64,000 nucleotides of DNA from Hyphomicrobiales bacterium (GCA_016744975.1 JADGDI010000004.1:8159-72158); one strand, 5' to 3'. Numbered from the stretch's first letter, positions 1-12,250 are shown. Translations and numbers: made by a program. The notes: generated by a model from the letters alone, not told the origin.

Positions 1-1
1 G

Positions 2-433
2 CTAACTTCACTAAAGCCAGAAAATCAAGAATTTGCCGATGCAAGACAAGCAGGTCCAGTGATAATTAAATTAGACGCATCACAAAAAGACATATATGAG
101 ACTGAAAAATTTGGCCCAATCTCATATTTAATTGCTTGCGATGATGCCGACCAAGCACTTGAGCTGGCTGCTAGCGGTGCTAAAAATCATGGCGCGATCA
201 CTACTGCAGTTTACAGCATGAAAGCAGATTTTATAGAGCAAGCAGAAGATGCATTCGCAGAAGCTGGTGTAGCATTATCATGCAATTTAGTTGGCAATAT
301 TTTTGTCAATCAAAGTGCTGCATTTAGTGACTATCATGTGTCAGGCGCAAACCCTGCGGGCAATGCTTGCTTGGCCGATACCGCCTATGTGGCGAACCGT
401 TTCAGAGTGGCCGCATCAAGAAAATTGGTTTAG
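2..433 (+). CDS. Aldehyde dehydrogenase family protein (PaaN-like), C-terminal fragment; 5' end lies outside the window
   Basis: Frame is open from nt 2 to TAG 431-433. The tail (...EKFGPISYLIACDDADQALE...NLVGNIFVNQSAAFSDYHVSGANPAGNA...VANRFRV) resembles the C-terminus of PaaN-type aldehyde dehydrogenases as I remember them. No search run. Confidence 0.5.
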   Translation, partial: LTSLKPENQEFADARQAGPVIIKLDASQKDIYETEKFGPISYLIACDDADQALELAASGAKNHGAITTAVYSMKADFIEQAEDAFAEAGVALSCNLVGNIFVNQSAAFSDYHVSGANPAGNACLADTAYVANRFRVAASRKLV

Positions 434-446
434 AAACAAATTTCAT

Positions 447-476
447 GCAGGAGGGAGGAATAATTATTCCTCCTGC
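447..476. terminator. Palindromic hairpin between convergent genes (candidate bidirectional terminator)
   Basis: GCAGGAGGGAGGAATAATTATTCCTCCTGC. The core GGAGGAATAA/TTATTCCTCC (454-473) is a perfect 20-bp palindrome. It sits between the stop at 433 (+) and the stop at 504 (-). No clean U-tract. Confidence 0.45.
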
Positions 477-503
477 GTTATGACTATTGAATACCCAATT
501 AGT

Positions 504-1538
504 TCAATCTATATTGATATCACCGCTACCTGTAGTCTTTACTTTTTTATGTTTATAGCTGCCATTATAGTCAATGCTGCCGCTGCCTGTAACCCGTGCG
601 ATTAGCCAATTAAGTGTGCCGTCATCAACATCAATATCGCCACTGCCAGTAACCAATAATTCAGCATCGCCGTAAATGGCCTCAACATCAATGTCACCAC
701 TGCCATTCAATTTCATTTTGGCGATGCCGTTAAGTTTATCCAGCGTTACCTGGCCACTACCATTGACGGAAACCACACTATCTTGGGCAACATCATTAGC
801 CTCAATTCCACCACTTCCACGTACAGAAATATTGGCTGTGCCGCCAATATCAGCAACATTAATATCGCCGCTCCCCCCAACATTCAATTCAACATTGCCC
901 GCTATATCGTCAGCTGTAACGTTACCGTTACCAAATAGGTCAATTTTTGCATTGCCTAAAATATTATTTAAAGACACTTGGCTATCGCTATAAAGTTTTA
1001 TGGTGGCGTCATTTTTAATATTGCCAATGCTTAAATCTGAACAAGCTTTGGAATTAATGTCAACACTTTCCAAATCAATAAAATTACCATGGATGATATT
1101 TTGATCAAGTGTTAACTTGAGATGTTCGGGAGCCTTTATTTCCAATATTGGATATTCATCGAGTGAACGTTTAGAGCGGCCATTAACACTAATATTTGGT
1201 GCATCTGAATCGTTGCCCCACCAAAGGAATGAAAAATGATTACAAGAAAATTGCTTGATTTTTTCAGACCCCTGAATTTCTAATCTACCGGCAATATTGT
1301 TGAATGTTGGCGCAAGACCTTTGTTAATATTGCGAATTTCAACATGCAACTGCCCGTCCGCTGATGCTACCATATTCACGCGGCCAACAAAATTTTGAAT
1401 GCTAAGCTCACTTGTTTCAATGCTAATATTTTTATCATCAAGAACCGACTGGCTGGAATAAGGGTTTAGAATATAGAGGCCAACCAAAATGGCGCCACCA
1501 ATCATTAAATTCTTTTTTGAAAAGTTGCCACTCGACAT
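504..1538 (-). CDS. Membrane-anchored beta-helix repeat protein (DUF2807 / GIN-domain-like)
   Basis: 344-aa ORF with an N-terminal hydrophobic anchor (LMIGGAILVGLYIL). The C-terminal half is a ~19-20-aa periodic repeat: GSGDINV, GSGGIEA, GSGQVTL, GSGDIDV x2, GSGSIDY, GSGDINI. Confidence 0.65.
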   Translation of the reverse strand: MSSGNFSKKNLMIGGAILVGLYILNPYSSQSVLDDKNISIETSELSIQNFVGRVNMVASADGQLHVEIRNINKGLAPTFNNIAGRLEIQGSEKIKQFSCNHFSFLWWGNDSDAPNISVNGRSKRSLDEYPILEIKAPEHLKLTLDQNIIHGNFIDLESVDINSKACSDLSIGNIKNDATIKLYSDSQVSLNNILGNAKIDLFGNGNVTADDIAGNVELNVGGSGDINVADIGGTANISVRGSGGIEANDVAQDSVVSVNGSGQVTLDKLNGIAKMKLNGSGDIDVEAIYGDAELLVTGSGDIDVDDGTLNWLIARVTGSGSIDYNGSYKHKKVKTTGSGDINID

Positions 1539-1603
1539 ATGTAACGCCCCAAGTTATTGATTATATAATTAAGATAAGGAATGTTTGGTTGAATTCAAGT
1601 TTA

Positions 1604-2392
1604 ATGCAATATTATGCCAAAAAATGGCGGTTAAGCTATGCAAATATGCAAATTGAAACCCATTCAAGTTTTTTACATTGGTGTGTTAGAGATGGTGCGA
1701 GCCATGTACTAAAAATATACAAAATCCATAGTGATGAGCTTATGTCAGCAGAGGTTTTACTTCATTATAATGGCCAAGCTGCAGTGCAGCTTGTAGCATA
1801 TTGCGAGAAAGCGATATTAATCAAACAAGTAGGTGGCGGCGTCAACCTCTCCAAACGTGATGATAAAAAATCTACAATCATTTATTGCGATATCGTGGAG
1901 AAGTTATTTAATGTGTCAACTAGATTACCCAAATTAAAAAAGCTGATCGAATTGATAAATGGCTTTGACCAATATTTGCAAAAAAACCCCAATTGTAACG
2001 AAAAAAAGTTATTCATTGAGGCGCGTGATCTCTATATTATACTATGTGAAACCCAACAATCTCAACTGGTTTTGCACGGGGATCTGCACCATTATAATAT
2101 CTTGCAAAATAATGATAAAACATGGCTAGCAATTGACCCAAAAGGTTATATTGGCGAAAGAGAATATGAAATTGGCGCATTTTTGCGCAACCCGATCGAT
2201 GACAAAGTCCATCAACTAAAAACCATTCATTCACGACTTGCCATCATCGAACAACGGCTTAACCTCAACATGGCTAGAGTAAGAAAATGGGCATTTTGTC
2301 AGGCCGCATTGGCATCTATTTGGGCAGGTGACGATCTAAACCAAGCAACCCATTTTGTGAAGGTTGCAAAAGCACTTAAATCAATATGTTGA
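1604..2392 (+). CDS. Aminoglycoside/hydroxyurea resistance kinase family protein (APH(6)/StrB-like phosphotransferase)
   Basis: Kinase-like catalytic motif LVLHGDLHHYNIL followed by AIDPKGYIGEREYEIGAFLRNP. I place the start at ATG 1604 because the ORF-track start 1517 overlaps the 5' end of the opposite-strand gene by 22 nt. Confidence 0.6.
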   Translation: MQYYAKKWRLSYANMQIETHSSFLHWCVRDGASHVLKIYKIHSDELMSAEVLLHYNGQAAVQLVAYCEKAILIKQVGGGVNLSKRDDKKSTIIYCDIVEKLFNVSTRLPKLKKLIELINGFDQYLQKNPNCNEKKLFIEARDLYIILCETQQSQLVLHGDLHHYNILQNNDKTWLAIDPKGYIGEREYEIGAFLRNPIDDKVHQLKTIHSRLAIIEQRLNLNMARVRKWAFCQAALASIWAGDDLNQATHFVKVAKALKSIC

Positions 2393-2428
2393 CCATTTAA
2401 AACCATCACCAATTTTAGTCTAAAATCA

Positions 2429-4429
2429 TCATTGGCTATTGAGTAAATCAGTTATAGAATCAGATGCTTCAGCATCAAGGCCATCATGGATTTTTGCCAT
2501 TAAATCATGCCATATTTGCGCGGGCAAATTACCACCTGTTACTTTGTTGGTTGGCTTACCATCATCATTGCCAACCCAAACACCAGCAATATATTCGCTG
2601 GTAAAGCCAATAAACCAACCATCTTTATAATTTTGGGTGGTACCCGTTTTGCCAAAAGCCTGAAAATTAGGAATTTGTGCCTTTTTGCCTGTGCCCCAAT
2701 CGGTTACTGCAAATAACATATCGCGCATTTGCAGCACATGTTGTTTGGCAACAATCCGCTCTGAACCATCGTTAAAATGGCTGTAAATATTTCTATTATT
2801 TTGACCTGTAATTTTGGCAATGATATGTGCATCGGCATCAAAACCGCCATTCATAAATGGCAAATAGCCATTGGTTAGCTCTTGCAAACTCACTTCACTT
2901 GTGCCCAGCGCAATCGATAAATCCTGCCGTAAATCCGATGCAATTCCAAGCCGCCTTGCGGTGGCAATAATTTTTTTAGAACCGAGTTTTTTAGCAAGCC
3001 TTAGTGATACGCTATTCATTGATTTTGCAAGGCTATTGGTTAATGTTACGTTGCCGTAATATTTTCCGTTATAGTTTTTTGGTCGCCAGTTTTTAAAGCG
3101 TATGGGTGCATCTTTTACTTTGCTTGTGGGCTTGTAGCCTGCTTCTAATGCAGCCAAATAGACAAATGGTTTAAACACGCTACCAGGTTGGCGCTTGGCA
3201 TTAATCACTCGGTTAAAGCTGGATTTTCCGTAATTTCTGCCTCCAACCAAAGCCCGCACCGCACCATGTTGATCCATTAAAATCAGTGCAGCTTGCCCAG
3301 CTTTATAGGGGGTTGAAAATGCATCCATCACTCCATTTAGCGCATTTTCTGCCATTTGCTGTAAATAAGGGTCAATGGTTGCTTCTACGGTGATGTCGGT
3401 GTTCAAATCACCAGCCAATCCACGCATATCACGCATGATCCAATCTGCCGCATATTGGGCTTGTGAGGCAACATTGGTGCGCTTAATCCCAAGTGGAGCA
3501 GTTAAGGCGGTTTGATGTTGCTGCTTTGAAATATAACCTTCATCCAACATTGCGTTGAGTACCAATTTTTGGCGTTTTTTTGCCCGCTCTGGGTGGCGAA
3601 TGGGGTTATAAGCAGAAGGGGCCTTCATTAAACCTGCCAATAATGCAGATTCATGTAATTGCAAATAACGAGCTGATTTATCAAAGTATTTTTGTGATGC
3701 AGCTTCAATACCATTGGCGCCAGCGCCAAAATAGGCGCGGTTAAAATACAGATTAAGCAACTCATCTTTCTCATATTTTGACTCCAACCAAACAGCCAAC
3801 ATAGCTTCCTGAACTTTACGCTTTAGTTTTTTTTCGGGCTTCAAATAAAGCATTTTTGCCAATTGCTGGGTTAAAGTTGAGCCGCCTTGCGCGCGATTGC
3901 CGTTGATTATATTGGCAATGGCGGCGCGCATTATTCCAAAAACATCTACGCCATTATGGCTGTAAAACCCCCGATCTTCAATTGAGACTAATGCCTGAAT
4001 GGCATGTTTGGGCAGCAGCTTTATCGCAATATGGCCAGATTGCTGAGCAGCGCGGTGGGTTAACACTTCGCCATCGCTGGTGGTGATGCTAACGGTTGGT
4101 ACCGTTTTGGGCACTTTTAATTTGTCGGGGTTTGGTAGATCTAGTGAATAATATAAAAATATTGCAAGGCCAATAATAGCGGCAATAGCACCCAAAAAAC
4201 TGAGCCAATAAATGATAAATTTGATTGCCCGCCACCAAATAGAACCCGTTTTTAGTGGTTTTTTGGTGGTTTTTATTCTTTTTTTGGCGACATTTTGCTT
4301 GGTTTTTAAGGTTGTTTGCTTGTTTTTTGTTGCTGTTGGTGGCTTTTTTACAGTTTTTTGGCGCATTTTTGCACGATTGTTAGCGTTTTTTGTAGTTTTT
4401 ACAGCTTTTTGAGTGGGCTTTTTAGTCAT
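2429..4429 (-). CDS. mrcA: Penicillin-binding protein 1A (bifunctional transglycosylase/transpeptidase) with a lysine-rich N-terminal tail
   Basis: 666 aa. GT51 motifs EDRGFYSHNGVD, GGSTLTQQLAK and RKVQEA. Transpeptidase motifs SVFKPFVY (SxxK), SMN and KTGTT. Single TM after a ~65-aa K/T/Q-rich tail. Confidence 0.9.
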   Translation of the reverse strand: MTKKPTQKAVKTTKNANNRAKMRQKTVKKPPTATKNKQTTLKTKQNVAKKRIKTTKKPLKTGSIWWRAIKFIIYWLSFLGAIAAIIGLAIFLYYSLDLPNPDKLKVPKTVPTVSITTSDGEVLTHRAAQQSGHIAIKLLPKHAIQALVSIEDRGFYSHNGVDVFGIMRAAIANIINGNRAQGGSTLTQQLAKMLYLKPEKKLKRKVQEAMLAVWLESKYEKDELLNLYFNRAYFGAGANGIEAASQKYFDKSARYLQLHESALLAGLMKAPSAYNPIRHPERAKKRQKLVLNAMLDEGYISKQQHQTALTAPLGIKRTNVASQAQYAADWIMRDMRGLAGDLNTDITVEATIDPYLQQMAENALNGVMDAFSTPYKAGQAALILMDQHGAVRALVGGRNYGKSSFNRVINAKRQPGSVFKPFVYLAALEAGYKPTSKVKDAPIRFKNWRPKNYNGKYYGNVTLTNSLAKSMNSVSLRLAKKLGSKKIIATARRLGIASDLRQDLSIALGTSEVSLQELTNGYLPFMNGGFDADAHIIAKITGQNNRNIYSHFNDGSERIVAKQHVLQMRDMLFAVTDWGTGKKAQIPNFQAFGKTGTTQNYKDGWFIGFTSEYIAGVWVGNDDGKPTNKVTGGNLPAQIWHDLMAKIHDGLDAEASDSITDLLNSQ

Positions 4430-4519
4430 TTAAGTGCAAATCAAGTTAAAAAATCATCAATTCTTATCTATGATTCATATAGATTTGCACTTAAAACATT
4501 CTTAATTTTTACCCAATAT

Positions 4520-6952
<2,433 letters not shown>

Positions 6953-7152
6953 TCATATTTGATTCGTTATATTTATAGCGCAAAAATACCAATATCTGAA
7001 ATTTTTGACCTTAATTTGCCTGCTTTATACGAGTTGAATGTGTATAAAAGATTGTTATAAATCAAATGCAAGGATTGATAATGGTCATTATCAGCATCAT
7101 TTGAATTAAACATCTTTAATATCATGGTGTTATGAGTGTTTGCAAAAGATTT

Positions 7153-7176
7153 ACTGCCCTAATATATTTAGGCAGT
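7153..7176 (-). terminator. Candidate rho-independent terminator downstream of ubiB
   Basis: On the minus strand CTGCCTAA-atata-TTAGGGCAG (one bulge) is followed by TAAATCTTTT. It lies ~50 nt after the ubiB stop. Confidence 0.4.
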
Positions 7177-7226
7177 TGAATAATAAAGCTATTGGCATTC
7201 ATACCCAATATTGAGCATGTTGAAAT

Positions 7227-8786
7227 TTATACCAATAATGTTGCTAAAAATGTACAAAGGGCAACCACCAATAGGGCGGTTTGGGCGCGGTTGTGCCGGC
7301 GGGTTGATTTTGCAGTTTCTGCCATAATGGCATCGGCCTTTGAAATGGCATTGAGCTTTTCGACACTGTCCATCATGCGTTGCATATAGGCAGGCAATTT
7401 GGGCAAATGTGCGGCCAATTCAACCACTGTTTCCATGCTATTTTTTACCTTTGCTTCAACGCCTAGGGTTTTCTTTAGCCAGTTTTCTAGCAAGGGTTCC
7501 ATCGATTTAAACATATCAAATTTCGGGTCGATCATCCGTGCGACACCCTCAACAATCACCAAACTTTTTTGCAGCATCACCAATTGCAATTGGGTGCGCA
7601 TTTCAAATGTTTCGGTGGTTTTAAGCAGTTGACCTAATAATTTACCCATTGAGATATCTTCGGCATTGGCGCCCATCATTGGCTCGCCAATTGCCCGTAA
7701 GGCTAGTGCAAAATCTTCGACTTTAAAATGCTCAGGCACATAACCTGCTTCAAAGTGAATTTTGGCATTGTGTAAATAATCACGCCGCACAAAGGCATAT
7801 AAAATCTCGGCTAAAAACCGCCTCTCGTCAGGGGTCATGCGGCCAATGATGCCAAAGTCGACTAAGGCAATTTTACCATCTTGCTGGATGAAGATGTTGC
7901 CAGGGTGCATGTCGGCATGAAAAAAGCCAAATTCCAAAGCTTGGGTTAAAAAGCAAGTTACAATATCCTCCGCCAATTTTGGCATATCCAACCCAAGTTT
8001 TTTAATCTGCGCCATATCCGACAGTGCCACACCCTCAACCCAGTCGGTGACCATCACATTTTTATCGGTTAGCGCCCAATTGACTTGTGGCATGATGAAA
8101 TTTAACTCGGCAGGTAAATTGGCTGCATATTCGTGCATTTCAGCGATGGCCGCAGCTTCAAATCGCAAATTCATCTCAGCATTAACGGATTTTTTTAATG
8201 TTGCCACAACCTCGACCAAACGCAGGCGTTGGGCTTCTGGATCAAACTGCTCGGCAATGCCTGCTATGAAGAAAAAATCCGATAAATCTCGTGCAAAACG
8301 CTGCTCGACATCTGGGCGCAATATTTTTACCGCAACATAACGGCCATTGCTCAATTTTGCTTTATGCACCTGTGCAATGGATGCCGCTGCAATCGGTTGG
8401 CTGAATTCTACAAATAAGTTGGTGATTTTTTTACCAAAACTTTTTTCAATCTGTGCGATGGCGAGTTTTTGAGCAAATGGCGTGACATCATCTTGCAATT
8501 GACGCAAGCTAGCAGCGATTTTATCGCCTACCAAATCGGGTCTAGTGGCTAAAAACTGCCCAAGCTTTATATAAGATGGGCCAAGTTTTGCAAGCGCAAG
8601 GCCCATCCGTTTGTCAATGTCATTGCCGGCTCTTAAGCCAAAAATATAGGTTAGTGGGGATAGTATAAACAGGCCAAACTTTGCGCTAAAGCGCATGTTT
8701 CGCAACATATCGGCAGGAATAATTCGATATTTAGCAATAATATGCCCTGCGCGCATTAGTCTAAAAATATGCATTAAAAAACCCAT
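7227..8786 (-). CDS. ubiB: Ubiquinone biosynthesis protein kinase-like UbiB (ABC1 family)
   Basis: 519 aa. ABC1 kinase-like motifs AAASIAQVHKA, VAVKILRP, FFHADMHPGNIF and LVDFG. C-terminal TM. Directly downstream of ubiE. Confidence 0.9.
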   Translation of the reverse strand: MGFLMHIFRLMRAGHIIAKYRIIPADMLRNMRFSAKFGLFILSPLTYIFGLRAGNDIDKRMGLALAKLGPSYIKLGQFLATRPDLVGDKIAASLRQLQDDVTPFAQKLAIAQIEKSFGKKITNLFVEFSQPIAAASIAQVHKAKLSNGRYVAVKILRPDVEQRFARDLSDFFFIAGIAEQFDPEAQRLRLVEVVATLKKSVNAEMNLRFEAAAIAEMHEYAANLPAELNFIMPQVNWALTDKNVMVTDWVEGVALSDMAQIKKLGLDMPKLAEDIVTCFLTQALEFGFFHADMHPGNIFIQQDGKIALVDFGIIGRMTPDERRFLAEILYAFVRRDYLHNAKIHFEAGYVPEHFKVEDFALALRAIGEPMMGANAEDISMGKLLGQLLKTTETFEMRTQLQLVMLQKSLVIVEGVARMIDPKFDMFKSMEPLLENWLKKTLGVEAKVKNSMETVVELAAHLPKLPAYMQRMMDSVEKLNAISKADAIMAETAKSTRRHNRAQTALLVVALCTFLATLLV

Positions 8787-8789
8787 AAA

Positions 8790-9554
8790 CTATATCTTAT
8801 ATCCAGAATGAATGGCTGCCACGCCACCTAAATAATTGCGATAATCCACCATGCTAAACCCAGCATCTATTATCATTTGTGCAAATTTTTCTTGCGGCGG
8901 AAACTTGCGGGTCGACTCGACCAAATATTGATATGGCCCAGCATCACCAACAATGAGCTCGCCAACTTTTGGCACTAAATTCATACTAATCGCGTCATAT
9001 ATTTTATCAATGCCAGCAACCTGCATTTTAGAAACTTCTAGGCATAAAAAACGCCCGCCAGGTTTAAGTACGCGAAACGCTTCTCTCAGTGCTTTGTCCA
9101 TATGGGTAACATTGCGAATGCCAAATGCAATCGTATATATGTCAAAATAATTATCTTCAAAGGATAGGCATTCGGCATTACCGCAAAGAAACTCGATGCG
9201 GGAGCGATAAGATTTTTTTGCAGCACGTTGCTCGCCAACTTTTAGCATATGCGCATTGATATCACAAACCGTGGAATGGGCATTTTTGCCTGCTTTTTCA
9301 AGCATTCTAAATGCAATATCTGCTGTGCCTCCTGCCACATCTAAATGGCGAAATTCGCCCGCATGTTTGGGCGGCGCTGCCCAGTCAATCAGTGCATCTT
9401 TCCAAATTCGATGCATGCCAGCGGTCATCACATCATTCATTAAATCATATTGATCGGCAACTTTTTCAAACACATTGTGAACCAATGTTTGTTTTTCATG
9501 CTCGGCAACTTGTTTGAACCCAAAGTTGGTGGTTTTTTCGGCTTTATCAACCAT
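8790..9554 (-). CDS. ubiE: Ubiquinone/menaquinone biosynthesis C-methyltransferase UbiE
   Basis: From ATG 9554 the N-terminus [16 protein letters not shown] matches the E. coli UbiE N-terminus pattern MVDKSQETTHFGF. SAM-binding motif [11 protein letters not shown], then FGIRNV. The ORF-track TTG at 9620 adds an unlikely 22 aa. Confidence 0.92.
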   Translation of the reverse strand: MVDKAEKTTNFGFKQVAEHEKQTLVHNVFEKVADQYDLMNDVMTAGMHRIWKDALIDWAAPPKHAGEFRHLDVAGGTADIAFRMLEKAGKNAHSTVCDINAHMLKVGEQRAAKKSYRSRIEFLCGNAECLSFEDNYFDIYTIAFGIRNVTHMDKALREAFRVLKPGGRFLCLEVSKMQVAGIDKIYDAISMNLVPKVGELIVGDAGPYQYLVESTRKFPPQEKFAQMIIDAGFSMVDYRNYLGGVAAIHSGYKI

Positions 9555-9700
9555 GATATTTCTCATTTTTAAAATGCGTCTTATGTGCTTATATAGGAGT
9601 TGGATAAAGCCGAAAAGCAAATTGTCAACTATATCCTATATCTCAACAATTTGCTACACTATGTCGCATGGTTTTTATGAACCAAAAGTAGAGAAATATT

Positions 9701-10576
9701 ATGCCTGAATTGCCCGAAGTAGAAACCGTTCGCCAAGGCCTATTGCCAGCCATGAAGAGCAAAACCCTTATCAAACTAACGCTTAACCGTAAAGGCTTAA
9801 GGTTTGACTTTGACCCAGATCTAGCCAAGCTTTTAGAACAAAAGCAAGTGCAGAATATTGAACGCCGTTCAAAATACCTTCTAATTCATTTTACATATCA
9901 AAAATCGCAAAAATTACAAAAAACGCTAATCGCTCATTTAGGCATGTCAGGAAAGTTTACAATTTTTAGCCATAACGAAGCTAAAATGCGTGAAGCTTTA
10001 AAGCATGATCATGTCGTTTTTCAAATGGATGATGGCACAGAAATTGTCTATAACGACCCGAGGCGCTTTGGCTTTATGCTGCTGGCTGATGAAGGCCAAT
10101 GGCAGGCACATAAGTTGATAAGAGATATTGGCCCAGAGCCACTGACTGATGCGTTTAACGCCGGCCATTTGGCACAAAAATCGGTCAATAAACGCGGCGA
10201 TATTAAAAACCACTTGCTCAACCAAAAAATGGTTGCAGGGCTTGGTAATATTTATGTATGTGAGGCATTGTTTCGCGCTAAGATCAGCCCAACTGCGCCA
10301 GCTGCAATATTAGCAACTAAAGCCAAGAAGCCTACAAAAATCTGCCAAACCCTAGTGCCAATCATTAAAGACATATTAGTAGAGGCCATTAAAGCAGGGG
10401 GCTCAACCCTTAAGGATTATCGCAAAGCCGATGGTGATTTGGGTTATTTTCAGCATCGGTTTGTTGTTTATGGGCGTGAGGGCGAAATATGCCTAGCAAA
10501 AAACTGTAAAACCAAGATTGCCCGCCTTGTTCAGTCAGGCCGCTCAACTTTTTACTGCCCGAGCTGCCAAAAATAA
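9701..10576 (+). CDS. mutM: Formamidopyrimidine-DNA glycosylase (Fpg/MutM)
   Basis: N-terminal MPELPEVETVR (catalytic Pro2/Glu3), H2TH region and C-terminal zinc finger CxxC...YCPSCQ. Confidence 0.95.
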   Translation: MPELPEVETVRQGLLPAMKSKTLIKLTLNRKGLRFDFDPDLAKLLEQKQVQNIERRSKYLLIHFTYQKSQKLQKTLIAHLGMSGKFTIFSHNEAKMREALKHDHVVFQMDDGTEIVYNDPRRFGFMLLADEGQWQAHKLIRDIGPEPLTDAFNAGHLAQKSVNKRGDIKNHLLNQKMVAGLGNIYVCEALFRAKISPTAPAAILATKAKKPTKICQTLVPIIKDILVEAIKAGGSTLKDYRKADGDLGYFQHRFVVYGREGEICLAKNCKTKIARLVQSGRSTFYCPSCQK

Positions 10577-10681
10577 TGATGATGAACAGGTTTTAAAGCT
10601 GTGTTATGGCTTGATAATTCGTCACTCTATTTTTATTATAATATTTTTTAGCGGATTAATTTGAATCAAGGCGATCTTTAC

Positions 10682-10710
10682 TTGACCTTTTTCGAATGTA
10701 GGGCTATAAG
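10682..10710 (+). promoter_or_regulatory. Candidate sigma-70-type promoter for rpsT
   Basis: TTGACC (10682-10687), 17 nt, TATAAG (10705-10710), ~90 nt upstream of the rpsT ATG. Confidence 0.4.
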
Positions 10711-10800
10711 CTCGCCAATATGGAATTCTAATCTGAATTCTCTTTCCCATTGGCTATGCCAATTGTTAGAGTCTTCGTGACAATTATAAAAGAGCTAAAA

Positions 10801-11067
10801 ATGGCAAATACCAAATCAGCTAAAAAAGCAATCCGCGTGATGGCACGTAAAACTGCAATTAACAAAACCCGCCGTTCGCGTGTACGTGGTTTTTTGCGTA
10901 AATTAGAAGAAGCAATCACAGCAGGCAGCTATGACGCTGCCAAAGAAGCATTGCGGGTTGCTCAATCAGAATTGATGCGCGCTTCACAAAAAGGCATTTT
11001 TAATAAGAAAATGGCATCTCGTAAAGTTTCTCGTCTTTCAAAACGCGTTAAAGCCCTAGCCGCATAA
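10801..11067 (+). CDS. rpsT: 30S ribosomal protein S20
   Basis: [13 protein letters not shown]... 88 aa, basic. ATG 10801 is chosen over the ORF-track 10750 because the S20 homology starts there. Confidence 0.95.
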   Translation: MANTKSAKKAIRVMARKTAINKTRRSRVRGFLRKLEEAITAGSYDAAKEALRVAQSELMRASQKGIFNKKMASRKVSRLSKRVKALAA

Positions 11068-11099
11068 TTGAAAATTTGACGGCATCACAAAATATATAA

Positions 11100-11129
11100 A
11101 ACCCCCGTGCATTTACGCGGGGGTTTTTA
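11100..11129 (+). terminator. Rho-independent terminator of rpsT
   Basis: CCCCCGTG-CATTTA-CGCGGGGG followed by TTTTT, 35 nt after the rpsT stop. Confidence 0.8.
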
Positions 11130-11503
11130 TGTGCTCAATAAAATATGGTAAATTTTATACATAAATGGTGATAAGTATTAATCCTTGTCATTAAAAATAT
11201 GAGTCAAGACATGATTATAAAGAAAAATATTTGAAATAAAATTGAGCATGGCTGAATCTATAGGCTAATTTCTGTCAAGCCAACTTGGCTAAAATAAATT
11301 CATTTTTTTTCGCTGTTTTAGCGTTGATATCTGTGTTCAATTATGTTTAATATAACCAATCAAACTTAAACATCAATTGTTCAACTGCCCGCTTAATAAG
11401 GCCGTTAGATGATTTTTTGATGAAGTTTGCATGATATGGTGCGGATTTTATCTGCAAGGAAAAGCTGATCTGGGGGATCTGTTGGGTTGTGTGTATTTAG
11501 GTG

Positions 11504-11580
11504 GTTTAGGAATTGAAGATGTCGTTTAGGAATTGAAGATGTCGTTTAGGAATTGAAGATGTCGTTTAGGAATTGAAGAT
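11504..11580. repeat. Perfect 20-bp tandem repeat, 3.85 copies (GTTTAGGAATTGAAGATGTC)
   Basis: Copies at 11504, 11524 and 11544, plus a 17-nt fourth at 11564. A degenerate relative ATTTAAGAATTGATGATGCG lies at 11601-11620. Non-coding AT-rich spacer between rpsT and the rhodanese/dnaA genes. Confidence 0.95.
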
Positions 11581-11727
11581 ATGGGTGTAATATTTTGGTC
11601 ATTTAAGAATTGATGATGCGAGTGTATCAAAATATTGAGTATTTCAGAATATTAGATACGCTAGAATATGGGTATATAATAAAATAAGAGCGTGTAAATT
11701 AATTCATGCGGCAACAAAGGTGAACAC

Positions 11728-12189
11728 ATGTCTCATATATATGCGGGCGATTTATCAACTAAAGAAGCATTTCAGGCGCTTCAGCAAGACCCAGCCTGTA
11801 AGTTGATTGATGTTAGAACGAAAGCTGAGGCAGTTTTTGTTGGCGCCCCTAAGTTGGGGAGTGATATATTGACTGAAAACCAAGAGGCTTATTGCTTACT
11901 TGAATGGCAATCATTCCCCTCTATGCAAAAGAATGATAGTTTTGTTGAGCAATTGCACCAGCAGTTACGAATCTGGCAGCAAGATGACAATGTCGATATT
12001 AAAGACCGTAAATTATTATTTTTATGCCGCTCTGGTGTACGCTCCAAGCATGCAGCAGATGTTGCAACGCAATTGGGTTGCTTAAACAGCCATAATATAT
12101 TGGGCGGTTTTGAAGGTGATGTGGATAGTAACGGTCATCGAGCAACAGTATCGGGTTGGAAATACGAAAAACTCCCTTGGTCTTTGTGA
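11728..12189 (+). CDS. Single-domain rhodanese-like sulfurtransferase
   Basis: 153 aa. Active-site loop CRSGVRS (CRxGxR[ST]). AAAGGTGA Shine-Dalgarno 6 nt upstream of the ATG. Confidence 0.75.
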   Translation: MSHIYAGDLSTKEAFQALQQDPACKLIDVRTKAEAVFVGAPKLGSDILTENQEAYCLLEWQSFPSMQKNDSFVEQLHQQLRIWQQDDNVDIKDRKLLFLCRSGVRSKHAADVATQLGCLNSHNILGGFEGDVDSNGHRATVSGWKYEKLPWSL

Positions 12190-12250
12190 ATTAAATTTAC
12201 AAAAGATTGAGACTTAATAGATTACTAATTTTATTCTCTTCAAAGGGGAA

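Noticed and set aside
1517-1603. ORF-track start of the APH-like kinase at 1517
   Set aside because: It overlaps the 5' end of the divergent gene (504-1538) by 22 nt and adds a non-homologous leader. ATG 1604 is more plausible.
11504-11580. CRISPR interpretation of the 20-bp arrays (also 32836-32968)
   Set aside because: The units are directly head-to-tail with no spacers, are shorter than CRISPR repeats, are not palindromic, and no cas genes are in the window.
11900-12085. 61-aa ORF inside the rhodanese gene in another frame (and similar internal short ORFs in dnaA, dnaN, recF and pheT)
   Set aside because: They are embedded in better-supported genes and carry no motifs.
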